Of a stretch of 64,000 nt of DNA, positions 27,140 through 36,982 are shown one piece after another. Within the stretch, counting starts at the first letter, position 1. Each line of letters begins with the position of its first letter. The position numbers were made by a program, and so were the translations under genes. The stretch comes from Terriglobia bacterium. Its GTDB lineage: Bacteria > Acidobacteriota > Terriglobia > 20CM-2-55-15. Under the pieces are notes generated by a model. It worked only from the letters and a program-made list of their open reading frames with translations, did no database searches and was not told the origin of the DNA. Where the stretch lies: assembly GCA_965198265.1 (NCBI GenBank), contig CBDAPB010000026.1:61614-125613 (forward strand), written 5' to 3'.

Positions 27140-28564
27140 TCAGTCTAGGTCAGCGGCCACTGACTGGATCAACTTCCATGCGGCGCGGACGTGTCTCTCT
27201 TCGGTACGGAGGTTCCCGACCGTGAAACGGATGGTCAGCCGATCGTCGAGTTTCGTGTGGGACAGGAAAGCCTTACCGGAGGCGTTCACCCGATCGAGCA
27301 GCACCTGGTTCTCTTCGTCTGATCCCTCGAGTCGAAAGCAGACTGTGCTGAACGGCGCCGGAGCCATCAATCCGAAGTTCGGGCTCTCTTCGATCCAGGA
27401 AGCAAACATCTGGCTGAGACGGATGTGCTCGCGAAGCCTTTCGCGGATGCCGTCCACGCCAAAATACCGGATGACCATCCAGAATTTCAGCGCCCGGAAC
27501 CGGCGTCCGAGCTGGATCCCGTAATCCATGTAGTTGGTGACGCTGTCGTCCTCGGCCGTTTTCAGGTATTCCGGCGTCATGCTGAATGCCTGTTTGAGTA
27601 CTTCGGGACGGCGGCAATAGAACGCGCTGAAATCAATCGGGGTGAACATCCACTTATGAGGATTCACCACGAGCGAATCGGCACGTTCACAACCGTCGAG
27701 AACGTGTCGCAGCTCGGGCAGGATCGCCGCCGATCCCGCATATGCCGCGTCGACGTGCAGCCACAGCCCGTGACGTTCGCAAACCCTTGCGACTTCATCC
27801 ACCGGATCGATGCTCGTCGTCGATGTCGTGCCGATGGTCGCCGAGACACAGAACGGTCTCCACCCATCCTGCAAGTCTCGCTCGATCGCTGCTTCCAGAT
27901 CGGCCACGTCCAGGCAAAAACCCTTGTCCACACCGACTTTGACGACTCCCCGGCGGCCGAGCCCGATCGCCAGCGCTGCTTTTTCCACCGAGGAGTGCGC
28001 ATGCTCCGATGTATAGAGACGCAGTCTGGGTGCTCCGGGACCAGCAATTCCTTCTTCGCTGACGTCTCGCTCTCCGATCGCCTGCCTTGCCGCTGCAAAT
28101 GCGTGGAATGTGGAAATCGAAGCTGTATCGTAGACGACGCCCATGAAGTCTTCCGGAAGTCCCAGCATCTGGCGGAGCCAATCCAGAACAAGCTCCTCGA
28201 GTTCCGTCGCCGAAGGCGAGGTCTTCCACAGCATGGCGTTCACGTTGAATGCCGCCGTGAGGAGTTCGCCCAGTATTCCGGGACCAGACCCTGTTATCGC
28301 AAAGTAGGCAAAGAAGTCCGGATGATTCCAATGGGTTATCCCGGGAACGATGACGCGCTCCAGATCTGCAAAGATCGTCTCCATATCCTCTCCCGCGTCC
28401 GGCGGTGAAGCTGGCAACTGGTCGCGGATCGCCCCCGGTTCAACCTGTGCTAGAACCGGATACTTCTCTGGATCGGCCAGGTAGTCCGCAATCCAATCGA
28501 TCGCGTAGTGTCCCCAGCGACGAAAATCTTCCGGGCTCATATCCGACGGAACTGGATCACTCAT
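27140..28564 (-). CDS. PLP-dependent aromatic-L-amino-acid/tyrosine decarboxylase (group II decarboxylase)
   Basis: DDC-family N-terminal pattern (HWNHPDFFAYF) and PLP-lysine region (NPHKWMFTPIDFSAFY). Start trimmed to MSDPVPS. Confidence 0.85.
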   Translation of the reverse strand: MSDPVPSDMSPEDFRRWGHYAIDWIADYLADPEKYPVLAQVEPGAIRDQLPASPPDAGEDMETIFADLERVIVPGITHWNHPDFFAYFAITGSGPGILGELLTAAFNVNAMLWKTSPSATELEELVLDWLRQMLGLPEDFMGVVYDTASISTFHAFAAARQAIGERDVSEEGIAGPGAPRLRLYTSEHAHSSVEKAALAIGLGRRGVVKVGVDKGFCLDVADLEAAIERDLQDGWRPFCVSATIGTTSTTSIDPVDEVARVCERHGLWLHVDAAYAGSAAILPELRHVLDGCERADSLVVNPHKWMFTPIDFSAFYCRRPEVLKQAFSMTPEYLKTAEDDSVTNYMDYGIQLGRRFRALKFWMVIRYFGVDGIRERLREHIRLSQMFASWIEESPNFGLMAPAPFSTVCFRLEGSDEENQVLLDRVNASGKAFLSHTKLDDRLTIRFTVGNLRTEERHVRAAWKLIQSVAADLD

Positions 28565-28759
28565 GATTACTTCCTCTCGACTGCGATGATCTCGCGTGAG
28601 TCGCGAAAACACATACCACCTTCGAAGTACTGATGGAAGGGCTTCCCATCTCTTCCACGGGCGGCAACGAAGGTCTTCCCCTCTGGCAGGCGAGACGTAT
28701 CGCGCCTTGACGGTCCACGACCCAAACCCGTAAAATGTTATTCATACGCGGCAGGTTAT

Positions 28760-29269
28760 ATGGAAGAGTTTGAAATCGGCGACCAAGTGGTTTACCCAAA
28801 CCACGGTGTCGGGATTATCGAAAAAATCTCGAATCGCCTGGTTCAAGGTAAGTTCGAAAGATTCTATCTTCTGAGAATCTGCTCCAACGATATCCTCGTC
28901 ATGGTTCCCACGGCCAACGCCAACGACGTTGGCCTCCGTCGCACGATCGATGTAAAAGACGTCGACCGCCTTTTTTCGTTCCTCTCCAACGGTGAGTTCT
29001 TCTCCCAACGCGACTGGAAGGACCGTTTCAAGGAGAATTCCGAAAAGATGCGATCGGGTTCGATTTCCCATGTCGCGGAGGTCTACAAGAACCTGGTCTA
29101 CCTCAACAAGATCAAGCCTCTTTCGTTCCGAGAAAAGCGCATGCAGGACCGGGCCCGTTTCCTGCTGGTTTCCGAACTGGCCTCCGTCATGGGCGTAGCC
29201 GAAGACGAGATTGAAACTCGAGTCGACAAGACAGTCAACAAGGCCTGCGCAAGAGTTCCCGTCGCCTAA
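28760..29269 (+). CDS. cdnL: CarD/CdnL family RNAP-binding transcription regulator
   Basis: FEIGDQVVYPNHGVGIIEKI... CarD_CdnL_TRCF N-terminal domain. Confidence 0.85.
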   Translation: MEEFEIGDQVVYPNHGVGIIEKISNRLVQGKFERFYLLRICSNDILVMVPTANANDVGLRRTIDVKDVDRLFSFLSNGEFFSQRDWKDRFKENSEKMRSGSISHVAEVYKNLVYLNKIKPLSFREKRMQDRARFLLVSELASVMGVAEDEIETRVDKTVNKACARVPVA

Positions 29270-29281
29270 CCCGGGCGCCCC

Positions 29282-30571
29282 ATGTCCTCCTTCTTTCTAA
29301 TCTCTATCCTCCTTGTATTTCTTTTCCTGTCAGGATTCTTCTCCCTGTCGGAAACGGCGGTGTTATCGAGCAATCGGTATCGCATCCGGCACCTCGCGTC
29401 GAAGGGAAACAGAAACGCGCGGAAGCTCGCTGGTTGGTTGGACGCACCCCAGAAACTTCTGGCGACGATCCTGCTCGGCAACAACTTTGCCAACATCGGT
29501 GCCGCGACCGTGGCGGCGGCGCTCGTCACGCGCACTTTCCAGGAGCAGCAGCGGGACCTCTACCTGGCGCTGGAAACGATCGTGCTGACGCTTGTCGTTC
29601 TGTTGTTCTGCGAACTGGGGCCCAAAGCGTTCGCGACGCGAACGCCCGAGAGGATCAGTCTCCGCCTCGTCGTCCCGATCGAGGTGTGGATGCGGGTCGT
29701 CTATCCCGTGGCCCAACTGGCAATCAGGTTTGCGGGTCTTTTCTACCGTAGCGTTCGGGAGAATCAGCAGACGCTTGCGGCGTCGATATCAGACGTTGAA
29801 CTCAAGTCGATCATCAACAGCTACACGCAGGATCGGAGGAAGATGCTCGAGCGGGTACTCGAATTTTCGGAACGGCAAGTGCGAGATGTGATGGTGCCGC
29901 GGATGGAAACCGTGTCACTCGCGATCTCGACGCCGCTGGAAGACGTTCTGCGCGTGGTAGAGACAACACGTTTCACGCGTTTTCCGGTATACCACGGCAG
30001 CATGGACAACGTGCTGGGTATCTTACACGGCAAGGATCTGATGCCCTACCTGCACCAACAGAAGACGTTCCGGATTTCGAACTTGCTCCGCAAACCGATC
30101 TTCATCCCCGATACTGCGCGGCTGAACAATGCCGTAAGCGTCCTGCAGACGGCGCAAACTCATATGGGAATCGTCGTCGACGAGCATGGTGGTGTGGAGG
30201 GCATCGTCACCCTCGAAGACCTGATCGAACAGATCGTCGGCGAGATTCAGGACGAACATGACGTTGAGGTTGACGAGATCGTCCCGCAGGCGAACGGGAA
30301 TTACCTGATCGACGCCGGCATATCTGTCCGAGAACTGAACGAGAGATTGGGCTTGGGCGTGCCCGAAGAAGGACAATACGTTACGCTGGCCGGTTTCATC
30401 CTGATGAAGACGGGCCGACTGCCGACCGAAGGCGATGAGATCGAGTTCGAAGGAGACACCTACCGGATCGATCAGATGGTCGGTCGCAGGATCATGCGCG
30501 TGCGGCTGAATCGGACGCTCTCTTCGAGCAGCGTTGAACAAGAGCAGATTGACTTGAAAGAAGAGGCATAG
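29282..30571 (+). CDS. CNNM/CorC/TlyC-type transporter (DUF21 + CBS pair + CorC_HlyC)
   Basis: N-terminal DUF21 TM region (LSETAVLSS), two CBS motifs, and a transporter-associated C-terminal domain. Confidence 0.8.
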   Translation: MSSFFLISILLVFLFLSGFFSLSETAVLSSNRYRIRHLASKGNRNARKLAGWLDAPQKLLATILLGNNFANIGAATVAAALVTRTFQEQQRDLYLALETIVLTLVVLLFCELGPKAFATRTPERISLRLVVPIEVWMRVVYPVAQLAIRFAGLFYRSVRENQQTLAASISDVELKSIINSYTQDRRKMLERVLEFSERQVRDVMVPRMETVSLAISTPLEDVLRVVETTRFTRFPVYHGSMDNVLGILHGKDLMPYLHQQKTFRISNLLRKPIFIPDTARLNNAVSVLQTAQTHMGIVVDEHGGVEGIVTLEDLIEQIVGEIQDEHDVEVDEIVPQANGNYLIDAGISVRELNERLGLGVPEEGQYVTLAGFILMKTGRLPTEGDEIEFEGDTYRIDQMVGRRIMRVRLNRTLSSSSVEQEQIDLKEEA

Positions 30572-30577
30572 CCACGG

Positions 30578-30700
30578 ATTACACGGACTGGAAGAAACCT
30601 GTGGTCTGCGCTCCGAAAGACTACTCCTAATCCGTTAAATCCGTGGCTGAATTCTCAGTGCAATCCGTGGCGGGAAACCGTTCACCGCTTAGCCAACTCC
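30578..30700. repeat. GCCACGGATT / AATCCGTGGC inverted repeat between convergent genes
   Basis: gccacggattacacgg...ccgttaaatccgtggc, plus a third copy caatccgtggcg. Probable bidirectional terminator. Confidence 0.5.
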
Positions 30701-32004
30701 TCCAGTACTTCAAAGAAACCGGGAAAAGAAACCTCGACGCAATCGGGGTCCTGAATGCGCACGCCAGACCGGGAAAGCAGACCGGCAACCGCGAACGCCA
30801 TCGCGATTCGGTGGTCCCCGTGTGAAGAGATCGTGCCCCCCTCAATCGTCTGAGGACCGTCCACGGACAGGCCGTCGGGAAACTCCTCGACGGAGACGCC
30901 AACGCTCTCGAGGTTGCGAACGATCGCGGCGATTCGATCACTCTCCTTTACGCGCAGTTCGGCAGCTCCCCGGACGCGCAACCCCCCGCGACACCGGCTG
31001 CCCAGGACCGCCAGAACCGGCAACTCGTCGATCAGGCTCGGAACCGCTGCCGAATGAACGTCGATGCGGCCCATAGTCGACGACTTTACCGTAACGTCGG
31101 CTACCGGTTCGCCACTCTCGCTTCTCAGCAATCCAAACGAAACGATTCCCCCGATACGTTCGAGGAGGGACAGGTAACCGGAACGAGTCGGATTGACCCC
31201 AACCTCCAACAAGCGCAATTCGGAATCGGCAAGGGCCAACGCGGCCACAACGAGGAAGGCGGCGGAGGAAGTGTCTCCGGGGATACGTATCGATCGCGCT
31301 TCAAGCTTCCCCCCACCTTCCAAATCAATTCGTGAGTCGTCGGACAATATGTTTGCCCCGCACCCACCGAGGGCGATCTCGGTGTGGTCCCGCGTTGCGA
31401 ACGTCTCGCGTACCGAGGTGACGCCGGAGGCGTAGAGTCCGGCGAGAAGAATGGCAGATTTGACCTGCGCGCTGGCAACGGGCAGCGCGTAGTCGATCGC
31501 CTGAAGAGAACCTCCCTGGATCCGGAGAGGAAGCCGCTCGCCCTCGGCCGCCTCTATGTGAGCCCCGAAGCGTCGGAGTGGGTCGATCACGCGATTCATC
31601 GGTCTTTCCCGCAGCGAGGAATCTCCGGACAGAGTCGATGAAAACGGCTGACCCGCTAGAATCCCTAACAAGAGGCGGGCCGTAGTACCGGAGTTCCCAG
31701 CGTCGAGTACTTCCCGAGGCTCCTGCAAACCACCGAGACCTCGACCCTCGACATGGAGTCGGTGACTCTCGAGCCCGAGGTCCACCCCGAGTGCCCGCAG
31801 GCAAGCAAGCGTGCTGAGACAGTCCGCGCTGAGGGGAAAGTTCTCCGCTTCGGTGGTACCTTCGGAGATCGCGCCGATCAGGGCGACACGATGACTGATC
31901 GACTTGTCCCCGGGCAAGCGGACGTCCCCGCGAAACGACTTTGCCGGCTGGACTTCCCGTATGTTTGCAGTCATCGATCCAACTCCGCCAATGCTCAAAC
32001 CCAC
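30682..32004 (-). CDS. aroA: 3-phosphoshikimate 1-carboxyvinyltransferase (EPSP synthase)
   Basis: LPGDKSISHRVALIGAISEGTT motif and overall AroA sequence. True start may be the internal MTANIREV. Confidence 0.9.
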   Translation of the reverse strand: MGLSIGGVGSMTANIREVQPAKSFRGDVRLPGDKSISHRVALIGAISEGTTEAENFPLSADCLSTLACLRALGVDLGLESHRLHVEGRGLGGLQEPREVLDAGNSGTTARLLLGILAGQPFSSTLSGDSSLRERPMNRVIDPLRRFGAHIEAAEGERLPLRIQGGSLQAIDYALPVASAQVKSAILLAGLYASGVTSVRETFATRDHTEIALGGCGANILSDDSRIDLEGGGKLEARSIRIPGDTSSAAFLVVAALALADSELRLLEVGVNPTRSGYLSLLERIGGIVSFGLLRSESGEPVADVTVKSSTMGRIDVHSAAVPSLIDELPVLAVLGSRCRGGLRVRGAAELRVKESDRIAAIVRNLESVGVSVEEFPDGLSVDGPQTIEGGTISSHGDHRIAMAFAVAGLLSRSGVRIQDPDCVEVSFPGFFEVLEELAKR

Positions 32005-32064
32005 GCATCAGACGGACCCTGGGGAACGGCTCAGCATAGCACGCGCGAGTGTCGGGCCAACTCC

Positions 32065-32337
32065 AGTGGCCTGTAACGGAGATATCGGCACCATCGCCGA
32101 TGGGTCTTGCCAGTCGAGGTCGAGGAGAGAGGAGGAATTGATGCGGTTTCATCATGACGACGAACGACAAAGAGATCGACGGCAACCCCCATCGGCCCGG
32201 AGGGTTGCGGCCCAACGGCACCGTCTTCGTTGTCGCTCCTCCTCGCAATGTAGGAGCATTACCTCGTCGTCGGCTCCTAGAATCCGGTGCCGTTCCACCG
32301 CAACGCTGGTACCGATATCTCCGTTACAGGCCACTAG
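32065..32337 (+). mobile_element. MITE-A copy 2
   Basis: Near-identical to copy 1 (cagtggcctgtaacggagatatcggcacc...ggtaccgatatctccgttacaggccactag). Left flank is CA instead of TA. Confidence 0.8.
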
Positions 32338-32426
32338 CTAGCACGCTCTGCGTACACGCTTGTTGGAGCGGTTTCGAGCGGAATCACTCATTGATTTTTC
32401 AAAAACCCTATGTTACTTCTCGACCG

Positions 32427-32867
32427 ATGGGTCAAAGTGATTCTTCGGTCTTCGAGCTCACAGTCCCAAGCCGGATGGAGGAGCTCACCTCTGTACAGGA
32501 GCTCGTTGAGAAGGCCAGCCGGGCGTTCGGCCTGAGTGAGGAGCTGGCACACTGGATCGAGCTGACCGTCAGCGAGTCAACGATCAACGCGATCGAACAC
32601 GGCAACGGCGGAGATCCTTCCAAGAACGTCTTCCTCAGCATTTCTTCAGATGGGGAAAACATCGAAGTCATCGTCGAGGACCAGGGCCCGGGCTTCGAGC
32701 TGGCTGAGATACCGGACCCGACCGATGTCGAGAACCTTCTGAAACCCGGAGGGCGTGGCATCCTTATCATCCGCTCGTTCATGGACAAGGTTGAAGTCAC
32801 GGAGCGCAAGGGTGGAGGAAGTCGTCTGCGAATGGTCAAAAACCTACAGGACTCTCAACCGGCATGA
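32427..32867 (+). CDS. anti-sigma regulatory factor serine kinase (RsbW/SpoIIAB-like, HATPase_c)
   Basis: ELAHWIELTVSESTINAIEHGNGGDPSKNVFLS...EDQGPGFE...GGRGILIIRSFMDKV. The 5' ORF extension reads through the MITE, so the real start is taken as MGQSDSS (coordinate approximate, +/-1). Confidence 0.75.
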   Translation: MGQSDSSVFELTVPSRMEELTSVQELVEKASRAFGLSEELAHWIELTVSESTINAIEHGNGGDPSKNVFLSISSDGENIEVIVEDQGPGFELAEIPDPTDVENLLKPGGRGILIIRSFMDKVEVTERKGGGSRLRMVKNLQDSQPA

Positions 32868-33208
32868 GCATGGCAATCAGTGCGCGGCACCTGGACGACG
32901 TCGAAATCCTGGATCTCGCCGGACGGATCACGATCGGTGAGGGAACACTCATGCTCCGCGACAAGATCCAGAATATGCTCGACGCCGGTGAAACGAAGTT
33001 CCTGTTGAACCTCGCCGACGTCGACTACATCGACAGCTCCGGGCTCGGCGAACTCGTGTCGTCCTTCACCACGGTGAAGAATCAAGGCGGCGTGTTGAAA
33101 CTGCTGGGCCTGACTCACCGCGTCCGTGACCTCATGCAGATCACCAAACTCCTCACCGTTTTCGACGTCTACGATGACGAGCCGGAAGCCCTGAAAAGCT
33201 TCCGCTAA
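32864..33208 (+). CDS. anti-sigma factor antagonist (STAS domain, RsbV/SpoIIAA-like)
   Basis: LDLAGRITIGEGTLMLRDKIQNML...DYIDSSGLGELV STAS pattern. ATGA overlap with the upstream kinase gene. Confidence 0.8.
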   Translation: MSMAISARHLDDVEILDLAGRITIGEGTLMLRDKIQNMLDAGETKFLLNLADVDYIDSSGLGELVSSFTTVKNQGGVLKLLGLTHRVRDLMQITKLLTVFDVYDDEPEALKSFR

Positions 33209-33252
33209 GCTACGCCTGACTGCAACCGCACGCCAAGCGTCAGATTTCGTTT

Positions 33253-33427
33253 CCACCGCAAAGGCGCAAAGACGCAAAGAGAGGAGTTTTCTTTCTTCGC
33301 TGCCACCTCCGCGTCTCTGCGCCTCCGTGGTGATAGGCAGCGTTTCGGTTCGGATTCCCGACAGGGGCGGCCAATCTCCGCCACGAAGCGAGAAAATAAC
33401 CTTGCGTCTTTGCGCCTTTGCGGTGAC
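33253..33427. repeat. Family-1 hairpin element containing a lone family-2 arm
   Basis: ttccaccgcaaaggcgcaaagacgcaaag ... cttgcgtctttgcgcctttgcggtga. cacctccgcgtctctgcgcctccgtggtg (33303-33332) is a family-2 arm nested inside. Confidence 0.75.
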
Positions 33428-33433
33428 AAACTC

Positions 33434-34024
33434 CTAACGTTCGACGACGACGTTGGAGTCGGGTAGGACCAGTCGCAGGAGGCGGCCGTTGGAATCGGTC
33501 GTAGCCTCCAGCTTCAGGTTGCTGCTGTCGAGCTCATAGGTCAGGTTTCCGGTAGGACGGACCCGGACGCTGCCTAATCGCATCTCGTTGGGAACGAAAA
33601 CCGGCAACTCCCCTCCCTCGCTGCCGACTTTGTACAGCAAGAGCAGGTAGTGGTGGAAGAAGTTGTTGTCTACGATCATCCCGTTCGTCGGAATACGGAC
33701 GTCGTATGGAGTGCGTTGACCCTCGACGGTGTATTCGACTTCACTCACCGGGCCGGCAAGTCGGACACGAATCAGAGTCTCTTCGGACCGGTACTCATAA
33801 AAGGTCGGGTTAAGGTCCTTATCGAGCTCCATCCGGCTCCGAACATCAACACTGTTACCCTCGACCCTCAGCCTGGTGTGGCCGCGCGCGACGAAACCGC
33901 TGCCGTCCTTCGATACGGAGAACTCTTCGGTTCCGACGCGTTCGCCGTCGACGCGCACCGTGAACCGCGCACTCTCGAGCTGGACCGGAAGAAGGAGCAA
34001 TATGAGTAGGGACAGGGTGTTCAT
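33434..34024 (-). CDS. hypothetical secreted protein
   Basis: 196 aa ORF with a signal peptide (MNTLSLLILLLLPVQLESA). Its start overlaps the aroK stop by 4 bp. Confidence 0.5.
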   Translation of the reverse strand: MNTLSLLILLLLPVQLESARFTVRVDGERVGTEEFSVSKDGSGFVARGHTRLRVEGNSVDVRSRMELDKDLNPTFYEYRSEETLIRVRLAGPVSEVEYTVEGQRTPYDVRIPTNGMIVDNNFFHHYLLLLYKVGSEGGELPVFVPNEMRLGSVRVRPTGNLTYELDSSNLKLEATTDSNGRLLRLVLPDSNVVVER

Positions 34025-34578
34025 GAATATTCGATTGCACGGACAATTTCCCGCACCACCTCGTCTGGTTTGAGGGGGTCAGTATCGATCCGTACCCGTG
34101 CCATTCTATACGAAGGACGGCGCCGCTCGAAGAGTTCCTCGACCCTCGAAGCGTCGGAAAAAAGCGGCCGGGTGCCGTCATCGGAGATGCGTGAGCGAAT
34201 CCGCGTGAGAGAAGCTTCCAGGTAGACAGACAGGCCATGAGAGTCGACGAAGGCGCGGTTGTCGGGATCCACGTACGTTCCTCCTCCTAGAGCGATGACA
34301 CATTGCTCGTCTCTGGAAACGGTCCGGAGGAACCGGCTTTCGATCTCCCTGAAATACGGTTCACCGGATTCTTCGAAAATCCGCGTGATGGGACGCGCTT
34401 CACGACGCACGAGCTCCTCGTCCAGGTCAAGGAACTGCCATCCCAGTTCCCCGGCAACGAGGCGCCCCACTGTGCTCTTGCCCGAGCCCATGAAGCCAAC
34501 CATGTACACTCTCGATACCATCAAGCCGAGGTTATCGTGCCCTCGGATCGCTGTCCAGAGCCGCTGATTCAGCCGCAA
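34021..34578 (-). CDS. aroK: shikimate kinase
   Basis: P-loop (GFMGSGKSTVGR) and overall AroK sequence. Confidence 0.85.
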   Translation of the reverse strand: MRLNQRLWTAIRGHDNLGLMVSRVYMVGFMGSGKSTVGRLVAGELGWQFLDLDEELVRREARPITRIFEESGEPYFREIESRFLRTVSRDEQCVIALGGGTYVDPDNRAFVDSHGLSVYLEASLTRIRSRISDDGTRPLFSDASRVEELFERRRPSYRMARVRIDTDPLKPDEVVREIVRAIEYS

Positions 34579-34671
34579 GAAACCAAAAGCGCGGGGAGAA
34601 CGTCTCCCCGCGTCTTCGTGACTTTTGGCTTTCGATCAGATAGCTGAGGGCTGACGGCTAATCGCCAAAAC

Positions 34672-35181
34672 TTATGCCGCGGTCAGAGCCGAACGGATCC
34701 TGTAGTGCTCTCGACCTTCAGCCGACAACAAAACCCAGAAGGCATAAATGCCGATGGCTGTCCCCACCGGGAACTTGAATAGCATGAACACGGCGGCAAT
34801 GATCGCCATCACACGACCCCACGTCTGGTAGTACAGCAGGCCCACGCCCGCTGCCGCCGTCAGGCCCGACACGACGACCATCGAGATCGCCACGAGCGAG
34901 ATGATGGATGTCAGGAACACTCCGAGATCCATCTCGACTCCAGTGAAACCGAAATCGACGAACTCCAGGATCCGACCGGCGAGAAGAACCATCGTTGACA
35001 GCATACCCATGAGTACGCCCGACCCGACGAGGAGCCAGGCCAGGATCTTTACATGGACCTGCATGCTTTCTGGCGTTCGTACCTTCCTGGCCGGCGCTGC
35101 TGTCTCCGGTTGAGCGGCCCCACAGCTACCGCAGAATCTGTGTTGAGGCTGGACCTCCGTTCCGCATTGTGGGCAATACAT
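34672..35181 (-). CDS. zinc-ribbon domain membrane protein
   Basis: N-terminal zinc-ribbon (CPQCGTEV...FCGSCG) followed by 3-4 TM helices. Confidence 0.55.
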   Translation of the reverse strand: MYCPQCGTEVQPQHRFCGSCGAAQPETAAPARKVRTPESMQVHVKILAWLLVGSGVLMGMLSTMVLLAGRILEFVDFGFTGVEMDLGVFLTSIISLVAISMVVVSGLTAAAGVGLLYYQTWGRVMAIIAAVFMLFKFPVGTAIGIYAFWVLLSAEGREHYRIRSALTAA

Positions 35182-35218
35182 GTGTATGTTCTCCCGGTGT
35201 TTTGACTTGGAGCGAGAA

Positions 35219-35250
35219 AGTAGTCAGTAGTCAGTAGTCGGTAGTCAGTT
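35219..35250. repeat. AGTAGTC heptamer tandem array (left arm of a split palindrome)
   Basis: agtagtcagtagtcagtagtcggtagtcagtt. The complementary arm aactgactaccgactacgactact lies at 35489-35513. Confidence 0.7.
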
Positions 35251-35267
35251 AGGGATCAGAGTGAGGC

Positions 35268-35453
35268 TCAATGTAAGACAAAGAAGAAGCCGCAGCAAAT
35301 GAGCAGGGCCGCCCCAACCGCCAGCAGCCCCGTGTCCATTCGCTCCTCAGACGGACGCATAGTATTCGTAACTGAATGTTTCAATTCGTTGCCGCAGTGA
35401 GCGCAGAACCTGTGATGCGCCTCTACCGTCGCCTGACACTTCGGACAATTCAT
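35268..35453 (-). CDS. small zinc-ribbon membrane protein (61 aa)
   Basis: CPKCQATVEAHHRFCAHCG zinc ribbon plus a C-terminal TM helix. Strong RBS (AGGAGGaataATG). Paralogous to the N-terminus of the 34672..35181 protein. Confidence 0.5.
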   Translation of the reverse strand: MNCPKCQATVEAHHRFCAHCGNELKHSVTNTMRPSEERMDTGLLAVGAALLICCGFFFVLH

Positions 35454-36981
35454 TATTCCTCCTGACTGAAGAATGTTCGATTTCCGACAACTGACTACCG
35501 ACTACGACTACTTCCCCTTCCCTCATCCCCTCTCTACCGTGTGCCTCTTCAGCAGATTGGGGTAGATGCGGAACCGGTGATTGGAATCGGTCGTGTGGAG
35601 GAAACTCAAGCCGTTTCCTTATGTCCCCGCGACTGGTTTGAATCGTGATGCGGGGTCCGCCTTCGCCAAGCTCTCCGACGACCCTCTGGTCGCGTCCCGA
35701 CGACACGCGGTCGATTCCCTCGAAATCCGAATCGAATGAGCCGGAGCGGGTCTGGGCATCGAGCGAAAAGTTCGAGGCCGCGGGCATCTCGATCCGGATG
35801 TCGGTATAGTCGCCGGTCCCGACGAAGGAGATGTCGTTCTGCGGCGGCACCTCAACCTCAAACAGGAGTCGAATGCCGCCGTGCCGGTTGGCAAGGTCGA
35901 TCTCTCCAGCCGCGTTGCGTACGATGATGTCCTTGTAGGAACTCTCCACTTCGACCGGACCCGTCACGTCCTCCAGGTCGACCGAGTTGTTGCGCCCTTC
36001 GATCTGAACCCGGCCTCCGACTCTCTCGACGCTGACCAGGGAATACTTGTTGTCGATCGTCGCGTCTCCCACGACCCCCGACACGTGGACGCTTCCGTAT
36101 TTGTTCTCGACGAGGGCGTCACCGCCGATTTCGGTGACGGTCACACTGCCGTACTTGTTGACGATGCCGACGCTCCCTGAGACGTTCTCGGTGACGACGG
36201 GACCGTAGCCGTCCTCGATCCGGACACTGCCGGTGACGCCTCGTATCGTCGTGCCGCCGTAACGATTCTCGACCTCCTGGTCTCCACTCAGGCCCGTGAC
36301 GCGAACAGGACCATACTTGTTGTTGACCCGGAGTGATGACTCAGCGGGCACTTGGATCGTGAGGCTGGTCTTGAACCGCCGTCGGAGGGATGAGCGGAGG
36401 TCGTCGCGATTGGACTCGACAACGTAGGAATCACCCCGATCGGTGATCGTAAAATACATTTCCGGCTCAAGGCGTTCGGCCTGCTCGCGGCTTGTTGCCC
36501 GGACGGTCTTTTCGATGTTGACGACGATCCTATCGCCCTCTCCGGGTTCGACCTCCACCGAACCATAGATATTGTGGATCTCGACGCTCCGTCCGGGCAC
36601 GGCTTCAGCCTCGAGATTGGCTGAGAATTCGTAGTTGTCACCCAGGAGGTCAAAGAGATCGAAATCTTCGCCCAGGTTGATGTCGATGAACCCCACTTCG
36701 GAAGTGAGGTGAGCGGCGGCAGTCAGAGCACTGCCGACGAAGAGGACCAACACGAGCAGGGCGACCTCGCCCCCGGAAAACAGCCGTCGATTCTCGCCCT
36801 TCAATCGGTAGTAATCCACGACCTTCAGCAGCCCCCAGGCGATGATCAGAATCGGCCAGTACAGGGCCAGCCCCTGCCAGATCGGGATGTCATAGCCGAG
36901 GTTTCGGAGCAACAGCACCACTCCGACAGCGATCAGTATGATCGCCCAGAAGATGGTGCCCAGGCCACGACGCGGATTCAT
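35347..36981 (-). CDS. DUF4097 repeat protein with N-terminal TM region (LiaF/YvlB-like)
   Basis: Two N-terminal TM helices, then repeated NKYG(P/S)V...V(T/E)... beta units as in DUF4097 proteins. The C-terminal tail overlaps the small zinc-ribbon gene in another frame. Start at MNPRRG with a GGAGG RBS. Confidence 0.65.
   Translation of the reverse strand: MNPRRGLGTIFWAIILIAVGVVLLLRNLGYDIPIWQGLALYWPILIIAWGLLKVVDYYRLKGENRRLFSGGEVALLVLVLFVGSALTAAAHLTSEVGFIDINLGEDFDLFDLLGDNYEFSANLEAEAVPGRSVEIHNIYGSVEVEPGEGDRIVVNIEKTVRATSREQAERLEPEMYFTITDRGDSYVVESNRDDLRSSLRRRFKTSLTIQVPAESSLRVNNKYGPVRVTGLSGDQEVENRYGGTTIRGVTGSVRIEDGYGPVVTENVSGSVGIVNKYGSVTVTEIGGDALVENKYGSVHVSGVVGDATIDNKYSLVSVERVGGRVQIEGRNNSVDLEDVTGPVEVESSYKDIIVRNAAGEIDLANRHGGIRLLFEVEVPPQNDISFVGTGDYTDIRIEMPAASNFSLDAQTRSGSFDSDFEGIDRVSSGRDQRVVGELGEGGPRITIQTSRGDIRKRLEFPPHDRFQSPVPHLPQSAEEAHGREGMREGEVVVVGSQLSEIEHSSVRRNNELSEVSGDGRGASQVLRSLRQRIETFSYEYYASV
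35489..35513. repeat. GACTACT heptamer array (right arm, complementary to 35219-35250)
   Basis: aactgactaccgactacgactactt. Confidence 0.7.
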
Positions 36982-36982
36982 C

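Noticed and set aside
35347-35453. Overlap between the DUF4097 gene tail and the small zinc-ribbon gene as evidence that one is spurious
   Set aside because: Both have support (DUF4097 has no earlier stop; the small gene has a perfect RBS and a paralogue). The overlap is reported as a finding rather than either call being discarded. A frameshift error cannot be excluded.
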